A DNA stretch of 56,722 bases, from positions 1 to 56,722 of the forward strand of contig JBBTCT010000010.1 in NCBI GenBank assembly GCA_038060895.1. The letters run 5' to 3'. This DNA is from Planctomycetota bacterium. GTDB lineage: Bacteria > Planctomycetota > MHYJ01 > WSZJ01. Under the pieces are notes generated by a model. The model was not told the DNA's origin and searched no databases. It saw only the letters and a program-made list of their open reading frames with translations. Both the position numbers and the translations under genes were made by a program. This document shows, in pieces, positions 27,294 through 36,023 of the stretch (position 1 is the first letter of the stretch; each line of letters starts with the position of its first letter).

Positions 27294-28199
27294 TCACTCC
27301 TCTCCCAGTTTCCGCGTCGGCTCCATCAGTCTCTCCAGCCTCGCGGGCTCCACTCTCAACCGAAGCGTCTTTCCCTTCTGCACGATCACCGTCCCCGCCG
27401 GCGCATTCCTCGCCCTCGTCACCCACTTCGCCAGCGTCCACGTCACCTCGGCCACCGGCCGCCCGCGCAACTTCGAGTGGTACGCCGCAAGAGTCGCCGC
27501 GTCGAGAAGCGTCTCCTGCGGGATTTCCGTGCCGGACGGAAGCCGGACGACCACATGAGCCCCCGCCCTGTCCTCCGCGTGAAACCAGGCGTCGTTCCCA
27601 CGCGCCAACCGAAGCGACAACCCCTCGTTCTCTTCCGCGTTACGGCCGACAAGGATATCCAATCCATCGGCGGACACGAAGTGCTTCGGTCCTTTTTTTT
27701 CGGAACGGACGATTTCGCGCATTTTCACGGGGCGCGGGAAGAGGCCCTGCTCCTGGAGCCGCGCCTCGATCCCTGAGAGCCCGGCGGCGTCGGCGGAGGC
27801 GATTTCGTCGTCCACGCCGGACATTTTCGTGAGAGAACGCTCTTCGGCTGCGAGGCGGCGGGCGACTTCCTCGGTGCCGCGAAGCGCTTTCTGGTACTGC
27901 TTGAAGTAGGCGCGCATGTTCTCGGCGGGAGATTTTGCTTTCGCGAGCGGGATCTTCAGGTCGGGGCCGCCGAAGATGTTCGGCAGCGTCACGGTCTCGG
28001 CGCCGCGCTTGACCTGCGGCAGGTTGACTTTCAGCACTTCGCCGAACAACCGCAATTCATCAGCCTTCGCGGTGTCTTCCGCCGCTTGCTTCAGCTTGAA
28101 GATTTTCCCGCGGGCGCGGTCGCGCCACTTGGCGAGCGCGGCCTGGAGCCGCGAACGCAGCGCCTCCGCGGCATCCGCCCCGTCATCGGCTGAAGGCAT
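27294..28199 (-). CDS. NFACT/RqcH-related protein (coiled coil plus NFACT-R domain only)
   Basis: SPAENMRAYFKQYQK, ILVGRNAEENEGL, WFHAEDRAGAHVVV, AATLAAYHSK; start set at MPSADD. Confidence 0.85.
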   Translation of the reverse strand: MPSADDGADAAEALRSRLQAALAKWRDRARGKIFKLKQAAEDTAKADELRLFGEVLKVNLPQVKRGAETVTLPNIFGGPDLKIPLAKAKSPAENMRAYFKQYQKALRGTEEVARRLAAEERSLTKMSGVDDEIASADAAGLSGIEARLQEQGLFPRPVKMREIVRSEKKGPKHFVSADGLDILVGRNAEENEGLSLRLARGNDAWFHAEDRAGAHVVVRLPSGTEIPQETLLDAATLAAYHSKLRGRPVAEVTWTLAKWVTRARNAPAGTVIVQKGKTLRLRVEPARLERLMEPTRKLGEE

Positions 28200-28836
28200 G
28201 AGAGATCCGGTCGTACTGGGCGGCGGCGCTCGGGACGGCGATGAACGCGAGGAGAAGCGCGGCGAGACCGGCGGCCAGCGAGACAAGGATGGCGAGCCAC
28301 GCCGGCTTTCCGTAGAGCTTTGCCGCGGCCCTTCCCTCCCATGCAGCCCGCCACGCCCAGATCGCCGCGAACGGGACCGTCAGCACCCAGAGCGTCGGGG
28401 CGACCGTCGCCTTCGTCGCCGGGTCGCCTTCCTTGAATTCGATCACCGGTGGCGCGCCCTTCGGCACCACCGCGACGGCCGCGAATCCCCACGTCGCGCC
28501 GATCGCCGCCGCCAGCGCCGAGATCAGCGCCGTCGCGCGCAGCGTCGCCCGCATGTTGCGCTGCTTCCGCTTCAGGTCCAGCACGAGCTCGATCAGCGTC
28601 GCCCGGATGAACCACGCCGCCAGCGCTACGCAGGCGACGCTCGCGCCGACCGCCCACCAGGACGCCGACACCGGGGGCGCGTCCTTGTGCGAAAACTCAG
28701 GCCGCTCGACGATCAGCTTGAGCGCGACCCCCTGCGCAAACGCCGCCGCCGCGCAGGCCGAAGCCGCCGTCGCCACCCGCCCGCCCTCCGCCGCCGCTTC
28801 GCCGGGGTTCCAGAGAAAGCGAAGCGGACCCTTCAT
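28183..28836 (-). CDS. Integral membrane hypothetical protein
   Basis: About five hydrophobic segments; abuts the ndk stop. Confidence 0.65.
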   Translation of the reverse strand: MKGPLRFLWNPGEAAAEGGRVATAASACAAAAFAQGVALKLIVERPEFSHKDAPPVSASWWAVGASVACVALAAWFIRATLIELVLDLKRKQRNMRATLRATALISALAAAIGATWGFAAVAVVPKGAPPVIEFKEGDPATKATVAPTLWVLTVPFAAIWAWRAAWEGRAAAKLYGKPAWLAILVSLAAGLAALLLAFIAVPSAAAQYDRISHAFSR

Positions 28837-29301
28837 CTACTTGTCCTCCGCCTCGTCGTACACCCACGGGGCGCCGAGAACCTTGTAGTCCACGAAGTCC
28901 GAGTTTTCGAACAGGATCGGCAGCTCGCGCGCGGCCGATTCGGGCGAGTCCGAGCCGTGAACGAGGTTGAAGGAGCGTGAAGCGCCGTAGTCGCCGCGGA
29001 TCGTGCCGGGAGCGGCTTCGGTCCCGAACGTCGCGCCCATGAGATTCCGCACGAGCGTGATCGCCGCAGGGCCCTCGACCGCGATGGCGCAGACCGGGCC
29101 GCCGGTGACGAATTTGATGAGGGAAGCGTAGAACTTCCGCTCCTTGTGCACCGAGTAGAGGTTTTCCGCGCGCGTTTTGCCGAGGTTGAGGAATTTGAGA
29201 GCCGCGATCTTCAGTCCCTTTCGCTCGAGCCGGCCGATCACTTCGCCGACAAGGCCGCGCTGCACGCCGTCCGGCTTCACCATCACCAGGGTCCGCATCA
29301 T
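28837..29301 (-). CDS. ndk: Nucleoside diphosphate kinase
   Basis: RTLVMVKPDGVQRGLVG, APGTIRGDY, NLVHGSDS. Confidence 0.97.
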   Translation of the reverse strand: MMRTLVMVKPDGVQRGLVGEVIGRLERKGLKIAALKFLNLGKTRAENLYSVHKERKFYASLIKFVTGGPVCAIAVEGPAAITLVRNLMGATFGTEAAPGTIRGDYGASRSFNLVHGSDSPESAARELPILFENSDFVDYKVLGAPWVYDEAEDK

Positions 29302-29392
29302 CGTTCACGATCTCCGAAAAGAAAAACGGGGTGGCGGAGATTATCGGGAAAGACGCGGGACGGCAAGCGGCGAAGTGGCCGCAGGCGGAAGA

Positions 29393-29896
29393 TCAACGAC
29401 CACAGGCCCGGGCGACCGCCGCTGCACAAGCTCCCGGATCCGCAGGCTTCATCAGGTACCGTCCAAAGGCTCCTGCCGGAGTGGCTCCGTTGACATTGAG
29501 CGTCGTGAACTCCGCCATGCCCGCATACCCGGAGAACTGCCACGTCACCCCGAACGCGTCCGTCATCCGGAAGACGTGAGTCTCAGGAGCGAACCGGACG
29601 CAGAACACGTCCTCGGGTCTCAACCACACCTGATTGGTTTGCAAAGCCGAAACGAAGAGCGGCAGATCGGCCTTCGCGATCTCGTGCCACGCAGCCGGTC
29701 GTTCTTCGTTTCTTTGCACTTCCATCCGAACAACGTCGGCGAGATTCGGAAACTGAACGAAAGGGACCTGAGGCGGGATCGGCGGTAGCCGGGATTTTCG
29801 CGGAAACCAATCGCGCCACATCACAGCCGTGAAGGCCATGAGGAACAGGAGCAAGACGGCGACGCCCGCCAGGAAGGTGCACGCAAGCCGGGTCAT
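29393..29896 (-). CDS. Hypothetical membrane-anchored protein
   Basis: TM helix after MTRLACT; fills the recO-ndk gap; no family recognised. Confidence 0.45.
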   Translation of the reverse strand: MTRLACTFLAGVAVLLLFLMAFTAVMWRDWFPRKSRLPPIPPQVPFVQFPNLADVVRMEVQRNEERPAAWHEIAKADLPLFVSALQTNQVWLRPEDVFCVRFAPETHVFRMTDAFGVTWQFSGYAGMAEFTTLNVNGATPAGAFGRYLMKPADPGACAAAVARACGR

Positions 29897-29982
29897 TCCG
29901 GGTGATGATGCTCCAGGGGGAATTCCCGCTTTACTGTGGGTGTTGACCACGCAAGTATCTTACCCGCCCGCAATCCGCAATT

Positions 29983-30717
29983 TCAGCGGACAAGGAATCG
30001 CGCGCTCTTCACCTCCCGGCCGAGGAGATTGAGCCAGAACAGGTCGAACGCCGCGCGCAGATCCGCGCCGATTCGCCCTTCCACGTTCAGGGATTCGAGC
30101 GGGATGGTCCCCTCCGCGAGGCGCGCGAGCATCTTGAGCCCGCCAGCCGAGACAAGCCTGGCCCCGGGGTCGGCAGGCGCGCAGGCGGCGCAGAGCGCAC
30201 CGCCGATCCGCGGGGAAAAAGCGGGGCGGGCAGGAAGTTTTCCGCCGCAACTGGCGCAGTCGTCAACGCGCGGCATGAAGCCGAGGAGGCGCATGGCGGC
30301 CGCTTCGAAGGCAAAGAGAACGATGTCGCGCGGCGCGGCGCGGTCGAGGAGGCGGAGGGCGGAGATGGCCGCGTCCCAGAATTCGGGTTGGGCGTCGTGT
30401 TCGACGGTCAGGGCGTCCGCCAGTTCGATGACGTAGAACGCCGCGTACAGCGCGGGGAGATCGGTGCGCAGCCCGGGAAACGTCTCCGACATTTCGGACT
30501 TCGTGAGGAGGTCGAGGCCTTCAGATTTCGCCAGCATCCGCACGCGGTAGACGGACCCGACGTCCAGCCCGCCCTGGAACGACCCGTCGCCCCTCTTCGC
30601 TCCCTTGGCCAGCCCGCGCACTTTTCCCAGTTCGCGGGTGAACAGCACCGCGATCTGCGAAGTGTTTGAGAAATCGTAGAGGGCGAGGACCAGCGCGGTG
30701 ACTTCCGAAGCATGCAT
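29983..30717 (-). CDS. recO: DNA repair protein RecO
   Basis: LFTRELGKVRGLAKGAKR, LLGFMPRVDDCASCG...GGALCAAC zinc finger; start at MHASEV. Confidence 0.93.
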   Translation of the reverse strand: MHASEVTALVLALYDFSNTSQIAVLFTRELGKVRGLAKGAKRGDGSFQGGLDVGSVYRVRMLAKSEGLDLLTKSEMSETFPGLRTDLPALYAAFYVIELADALTVEHDAQPEFWDAAISALRLLDRAAPRDIVLFAFEAAAMRLLGFMPRVDDCASCGGKLPARPAFSPRIGGALCAACAPADPGARLVSAGGLKMLARLAEGTIPLESLNVEGRIGADLRAAFDLFWLNLLGREVKSARFLVR

Positions 30718-30795
30718 AGGCGGATTGTGCGGCGCGGGCGGCCGGGGCGGGAAGCGAACGTTGCGGCTCTTCACCGTCGCCTCTAATCTGTCCGT

Positions 30796-31740
30796 GTGCC
30801 CCGAATCCTTGTCACGCGTCCGATTCCCGAAGCCGGGCTCGCGCTTCTGTTCCCGCACGTCACCGTCGACATGAGCACGGGGCCGCTTGCGCCGGGCGAA
30901 ATCGCGCGGCGCGGCGAGGGGTGCTCAGGGATTCTGTGCCAGTTGACGGACAAGATCGGCGCGGACGTCCTCGACCTGCCGGGGCTGCGCGTGGTCGCGA
31001 CGATGTCGGTCGGGACGGATCACATCGACCTCGCGGCGGCGCGGAAGCGCTTCGTGACGGTGACGAACACTCCCGGCTGCCTGACGGAGGCGACGGCGGA
31101 GCTCGCGTTCGCGCTCATCCTCGCGACGGCGCGGCGGGTGGGCGAAGCGGAGCGGTTCCTGCGGGCGGGGCGATTCAAGGGCTGGGACCCGCTGCTTCTG
31201 CAGGGGCAGACGATCGTGGGGAAACGGCTGGGGATCCTGGGGGCGGGGCGGATCGGGCAGGAAGTCGCGCGGATGGCGAAGGGATTCCGGATGGAGATCG
31301 TGTATCACTCGCGCTCAGTCGAGCCGGAGTTTGAAAAGGAGTGCGGGGCGCGTGGGGTGACGAAGGAAGAGCTTGCCGCGACGTCCGACGTCGTTTCGGT
31401 GCATACGCCGCTGACGGCGGAGACGAAGCACTTTGTCGATGCCGCGTTCCTCGCGCGCATGAAGCCGTCGGCGATCCTCGTCAACACCTCGCGAGGGCCG
31501 GTCGTGGACGAGAGCGCGCTGGTTGACGCGCTGCGTCACAAGAGGATTTTCGCCGCGGGGCTCGACGTATTCGAGCAGGAGCCCGCCGTTCACGCGGGAT
31601 TGCTGGAACTCGAGAATGCCGTCCTTCTCCCCCACATCGCGAGCGCCACCGTCGAAACGCGGAACCGTATGTCGGCGATGGCGGCGGAGAACATTCTCGC
31701 GGTCCTGTCCGGGAGCGCCGCCCTGAACCCCGTGGCCTGA
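30796..31740 (+). CDS. D-2-hydroxyacid dehydrogenase (glyoxylate reductase/D-glycerate dehydrogenase)
   Basis: VTNTPG, GAGRIG, VNTSRGPVVDE, GLDVFEQEP, PHIASAT. Confidence 0.93.
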   Translation: MPRILVTRPIPEAGLALLFPHVTVDMSTGPLAPGEIARRGEGCSGILCQLTDKIGADVLDLPGLRVVATMSVGTDHIDLAAARKRFVTVTNTPGCLTEATAELAFALILATARRVGEAERFLRAGRFKGWDPLLLQGQTIVGKRLGILGAGRIGQEVARMAKGFRMEIVYHSRSVEPEFEKECGARGVTKEELAATSDVVSVHTPLTAETKHFVDAAFLARMKPSAILVNTSRGPVVDESALVDALRHKRIFAAGLDVFEQEPAVHAGLLELENAVLLPHIASATVETRNRMSAMAAENILAVLSGSAALNPVA

Positions 31741-31807
31741 ACTTCCCCGCCAACGGTTCCGGCGCCCCAGGTTGACTCCGGGCCGACGTCCCCTAACATG
31801 GGGGACC

Positions 31808-32107
31808 ATGACATCGCGGACAGCGGCCCTCGCGTCCATCGCCGGCGCCTTCGCCGCCGCGGTGCTCGCGATTCCTTCCTTCGGTCCGGTCCCGCCGCCT
31901 GAACCGCCGCTCGCCAGGCTCGACCTGAATGTGGCATCCGTGCGTGAACTCGACCTGCTTCCGGGCGTCGGCCCGAAGACAGCCGAACGCATCGTCGCCG
32001 ACCGCGCCGCGAACGGACCGTTCCGGCATCCCGGCGAAGTCCGGCGCGTGAAGGGCGTCACCCGCCGCGCCGCGGAACGCATCTCGCAGTTCACGGAGGC
32101 GCGTTGA
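31808..32107 (+). CDS. comEA: ComEA-like helix-hairpin-helix DNA-binding protein
   Basis: LDLNVASVRELDLLPGVGPKTAERIV..R...GPF....V.RVKGV; N-terminal hydrophobic anchor. Confidence 0.85.
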   Translation: MTSRTAALASIAGAFAAAVLAIPSFGPVPPPEPPLARLDLNVASVRELDLLPGVGPKTAERIVADRAANGPFRHPGEVRRVKGVTRRAAERISQFTEAR

Positions 32108-33423
32108 AAAGGCGCTTCGCCTGGTTCGCTCTCTTCGCGACGCTTCCGGCCGCGACGTTCATCCTCGCGACCGTGTGGCAGTTCAGCGACGAGTACCAGG
32201 CGGCCGCGAACCAGGGCGGCGTGATCCCGATGCTCGCGGCGTTCGCGGCGCTGACCTCCATTTATGCGCTGGTGCTGGGGTTGCTGCTGGCGCTCGCGGG
32301 GCGCCGCGAGAAGGAACTGACGAAGGAAGCAAACGTCTACCTGACCGCGGGGCAGGAAGCAGCGCGTTCGAAACATGAGCTGGAGCGCCGCGTCGATTTC
32401 CTGACGGCGGCGCGCGAGATGATGCTGGTGCTGCGCGAAGAGCTGGAGTTCGGCGCGATCGCGAAGAAGGTCCTCGGGCTGGTGGCGCAGGCGGCCGGAA
32501 CCCCCGACACGGGGCTGGTCGCCATTCACCTCGTCGCCGACGAAAAGCTCCAGCTCCGCGCCGTCTGGCGCGAGGGCGACGCCGTCACCGAGCCCGCGAA
32601 ACTGGCCCGCGCGAAAGTCGACGGCAGCATCGCCGGTGAAGCCTTCACCGGCCGCCGGCTGATCTCCCGCGACGACGGCGCCGTGCTTCGCTTCGCCATC
32701 CCGATCACCGCCGACCGCGAGACGATCGGTGCGCTGCAGGTGGAAATCCCGCAGGAAGGCGACGAGAAGGAGCGCGCGGCGTTCGCGAAGCGGCTCGAAA
32801 GCGAACTCCACGAGCTCATGAACTTCGTCGCCCTCGCGATCAAGACACCCGACCTCTACGAACGCACCATCCGCGACGGCATGACGAAGCTCTTCACCAA
32901 GCGCCACTTTTCCAACCAGCTCCACCACCACGAAGCGATCGCCCGCCGCCACTCGGAGCCCCTCGCCCTCATCATGGTGGACGTGGACCACTTCAAGAAC
33001 GTGAACGACACTTACGGCCACCTCACCGGCGACATGGTCCTCAAGGAAGTCGCGAAGATCGTGAAGGAATCGATCCGCAGCTCCAACGAGGCGTACCGCT
33101 ACGGGGGAGAAGAGCTCGGCGTCCTCTGCCCAGAGACCACCGCCGAGCAGGCCGCCGCGCTCGCCGAGCGGCTGCGCAAGAAACTCGAAGCGAAGACGAT
33201 CCAGGGTGAGACGAAGAAACTCAGCGTCACCGCGAGTTTCGGCGTCGCGGAGTGGTCGGCCGACATGAAGGTGCCCGAAGAACTTGTGTCGCGCGCCGAC
33301 GAAGCGCTGTACGTCGCAAAGAAGAGCGGTCGCAACCAGGTGCAATCGTGGAAGGCCGGGGCGCTGGAAGCTGTGAAGGCGGCGGAGTCCGCGAAGGGCG
33401 TGGGCGCAGGGAAGAGCCACTGA
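32104..33423 (+). CDS. Membrane diguanylate cyclase (2 TM - GAF-like - GGDEF)
   Basis: DGMTKLF, DVDHFKNVNDTYGHLTGD, RYGGEEL, ADEALYVAKKSGRN. Confidence 0.92.
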   Translation: MKRRFAWFALFATLPAATFILATVWQFSDEYQAAANQGGVIPMLAAFAALTSIYALVLGLLLALAGRREKELTKEANVYLTAGQEAARSKHELERRVDFLTAAREMMLVLREELEFGAIAKKVLGLVAQAAGTPDTGLVAIHLVADEKLQLRAVWREGDAVTEPAKLARAKVDGSIAGEAFTGRRLISRDDGAVLRFAIPITADRETIGALQVEIPQEGDEKERAAFAKRLESELHELMNFVALAIKTPDLYERTIRDGMTKLFTKRHFSNQLHHHEAIARRHSEPLALIMVDVDHFKNVNDTYGHLTGDMVLKEVAKIVKESIRSSNEAYRYGGEELGVLCPETTAEQAAALAERLRKKLEAKTIQGETKKLSVTASFGVAEWSADMKVPEELVSRADEALYVAKKSGRNQVQSWKAGALEAVKAAESAKGVGAGKSH

Positions 33424-33437
33424 GGTAGGATGGCTCG

Positions 33438-34052
33438 ATGAGTTCGCCGGCCCCCCAGCCCCCGTCAGACAGCCGCGAATCTCTTCTGATTTCCTACTTC
33501 GCCGGTTCAGTCGTCGCCCTGGTCTGCGCCGCGGGATGGGCTGCAGCGCTGGGTTTCTGGGTGCTTCGGAGCACTCTTCTCGGAGCCAGCGTGGGAATCT
33601 TCATCGGCTTGGCCGTGCGGATCACCGCAAAACGCGCGAGCGGCACCGTCATGTTGCTGGCGGGCGCACTCTCCACGATTTCCTGCCTCTCAGGGAATGT
33701 CGCCGGCTTCGCCATCGCCGCTTCCCGCTCCCGGAGCCTGACCCTCGCGGAGGCCCTGGTGGTCCTCGGGTCGCACGGAGGATCGTTCCTCATCGAGGAT
33801 GCCCTGACCCCACTCAATCTGGTCGCCTGTGGCATCGCAGGAATCGTCGGGGCCATCGTGGCCCGGCGCGGGTCCGACCCGCAGGCGGTCATGGTCATCA
33901 TGGGAGCCGCGGGCGGCGCGCACTTTCAGCCAGGAGACCTGGGTGCGCCCGAATCACAGCAGGCAAAGTCACGGCCCGCCCCTGCGGATCCGACGCCGGT
34001 CCTGGAAAAGCGACTGCCGATGCGCCATCAGAATCCGGCGAATGGCAGCTGA
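33438..34052 (+). CDS. Integral membrane hypothetical protein
   Basis: Several hydrophobic helices; operonic. Confidence 0.6.
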   Translation: MSSPAPQPPSDSRESLLISYFAGSVVALVCAAGWAAALGFWVLRSTLLGASVGIFIGLAVRITAKRASGTVMLLAGALSTISCLSGNVAGFAIAASRSRSLTLAEALVVLGSHGGSFLIEDALTPLNLVACGIAGIVGAIVARRGSDPQAVMVIMGAAGGAHFQPGDLGAPESQQAKSRPAPADPTPVLEKRLPMRHQNPANGS

Positions 34053-34103
34053 TCGGGTAGGATAAGCAAGCAAGCGGGGGGCCGCTCGTCGAAGGAGGCC
34101 GTT

Positions 34104-34526
34104 GTGAGAATCCTGGCAATCGCCGTCGTCATTGCCTTCCTGGTCGCGGGCTGCAAAGAGAAGCACAGCTCCAGCGCCGTTCAGACCAATGGCGACGAGA
34201 CGGTCAACCGTCCGGACATCGAATACGAATCGCCCGTCCCGGACGAAACGGGCGTTCTTCCGACGGCCGTCGTGCTGGTGCGCTTCAGCGACCCGATGGA
34301 CCCGTTCTCCATCAATACGGGGACGTTTATCGTGCGGGACGGCAGCGGCGCGCCCATCGCCGGCACGATCACGTATAACGCGACCACGCACGAGGCCACT
34401 TTCACGCCCTCGGCCCTGCTGATGCCGTCCATGACCTACACGGCGTCGCTCGCGGCCGGCATCCTGAACACCAGCGGAGTGTCGCTGGGCGTCGGGCACG
34501 CCTGGCTCTTCACGACCGCGCCGTAG
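34104..34526 (+). CDS. Lipoprotein with an Ig-like (Big_5/SbsA) domain
   Basis: Lipobox VAG-C; P...TGV.....V.FS.PMD..SI...ATFTP...L.....YT...W.FTT. Confidence 0.85.
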   Translation: MRILAIAVVIAFLVAGCKEKHSSSAVQTNGDETVNRPDIEYESPVPDETGVLPTAVVLVRFSDPMDPFSINTGTFIVRDGSGAPIAGTITYNATTHEATFTPSALLMPSMTYTASLAAGILNTSGVSLGVGHAWLFTTAP

Positions 34527-34529
34527 GGC

Positions 34530-35522
34530 CTACTTGAGGTCCTCGTCGGAGACCTCGACGTCATCCACCCACGTCGTGCTCTCGACATTCGTGGCGCTGA
34601 TTCCGACCTCCAGCGAGTTGTAAACGGCCTCCGCGAACGGAAGCGTCTGCCCCTTCCCTTCGCAGACCTTCACTCCGTCCTGCCAGAGTTCGCAGACGCC
34701 GTCCTTCTCGTCGAGCTTCACGTGCGCGACGACGCGGAACCACTTTCCCACCGGGATCGGCGTCGGATTCGTCGGCCGGTAGTGCGGCTTCGGCGGGTGC
34801 TTCAGTTCAAATCCGAGCCCCTTTCCGGAAGTGGTAATCCGAATGCCGGAGTGCCCCTCGATCCAGGTTGACTCGAGGTCCATGAGCGTGAAGGGAACGC
34901 GGTCTTCGATGAAATACCAGGCGCTGTACCAGAAGTCGTCGCCCTTCCTGAAGTGGATGAGCTCTGACTGGAGCGAGGACTTGGCGCAAACCATTTCTTT
35001 AGTGGAGGCTACGGAAAACGTGCGCAGAGCCGTCTTTCCGCCGTGGGCCTTAGCGGTGGACGGTTCGACGACGTTGTCGAGGAAGGGTGCGCCTTCCTTG
35101 AGGATCCGGTTTCGGAGCTTTACGTAGTCGGAGACATCGAGGGCCTTCGGGGATTGAACCGTGAACGCGGTCCAACCGTGTTTCAGGCCGATGAGGTCCT
35201 TGATCGTCGCGGCGTCTTCGAATCCGGACTTGAAGCGCCTGGAGACTTCAACCTTGCTGCCGTCATCGGAAATCCGGAATACCCGGTCCCCGTCTACGGC
35301 GTAGTTCTTCTCGAACCAGTCCTTCTCCCAGAGGCGCTTGTAGAACTCCCATTTCTTCGCTTCGCGGTTGTACACGTACCCCGCGCCGTCGAGGATGGCG
35401 ACGCGGTTTCCGTCGGACTCTATCGCGACCTTCTCAAGCTCCGCATCTGGCGGCATCGGTTCGCCAGCGCAGGCCACGAACAAGCCGACGGCGAGCATGG
35501 AAGCGGCTACGGTGATGCGCAT
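34530..35522 (-). CDS. Lipoprotein with a polysaccharide-lyase/LamG-like jelly-roll domain
   Basis: Lipobox FVA-C; GDDFWYSAWYFI, IPVGKWFRV, G..ELWQDG, WVDDVEVS. Confidence 0.65.
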   Translation of the reverse strand: MRITVAASMLAVGLFVACAGEPMPPDAELEKVAIESDGNRVAILDGAGYVYNREAKKWEFYKRLWEKDWFEKNYAVDGDRVFRISDDGSKVEVSRRFKSGFEDAATIKDLIGLKHGWTAFTVQSPKALDVSDYVKLRNRILKEGAPFLDNVVEPSTAKAHGGKTALRTFSVASTKEMVCAKSSLQSELIHFRKGDDFWYSAWYFIEDRVPFTLMDLESTWIEGHSGIRITTSGKGLGFELKHPPKPHYRPTNPTPIPVGKWFRVVAHVKLDEKDGVCELWQDGVKVCEGKGQTLPFAEAVYNSLEVGISATNVESTTWVDDVEVSDEDLK

Positions 35523-35584
35523 GGGGACCTCGGGTGTGGGATTGCTCCCTCATACACCGCCGGGGCAGGCCGGGTTTCGACCGG

Positions 35585-35956
35585 CTACTTTTTGCGCGCC
35601 TTCTTCTTGTACTTCGGCTGGTAGAGCTGCAGCGAGAACCCTCCCGGGACCTGGAAGAACGTCACCAGTCCGTACCCAAAGTCCCGCACGGGACCGTCGA
35701 ATTTCACGCCCTTCTTCTTCATGCCTGCGACGGTCTTCTCGATGTCGTCGCAGTAGAACGAAATGGCGTGCGTCCCCGACTTTGAGTCCGCGTGGGCAGG
35801 GTCCGCGGGATGGCACCCCATGTCCGCTTCCGGCAGGTCGAAGATGAGCCAGCCGTCGCCGACGTCGGTGGAGGGGAAACCGAGTTTGTCGCGGAGGAAG
35901 GCGCGAAGCTCCTTCGCTTTCGAGGTGTAGAACATCGTGTGAACGCCGCGGATCAT
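35585..35956 (-). CDS. VOC/glyoxalase family protein
   Basis: MIRGVHTMFY...FLRDKLGF...ISFYCDDIEKTV...GVKF.GP..D.GYG...PGG..LQLYQP. Confidence 0.88.
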   Translation of the reverse strand: MIRGVHTMFYTSKAKELRAFLRDKLGFPSTDVGDGWLIFDLPEADMGCHPADPAHADSKSGTHAISFYCDDIEKTVAGMKKKGVKFDGPVRDFGYGLVTFFQVPGGFSLQLYQPKYKKKARKK

Positions 35957-36023
35957 GGGATCTCCTTTTTCGCCGTGACGGTGGTAATGGACGCCGCTTT
36001 GCCGCGGGAAGTCTAATGCGGGC

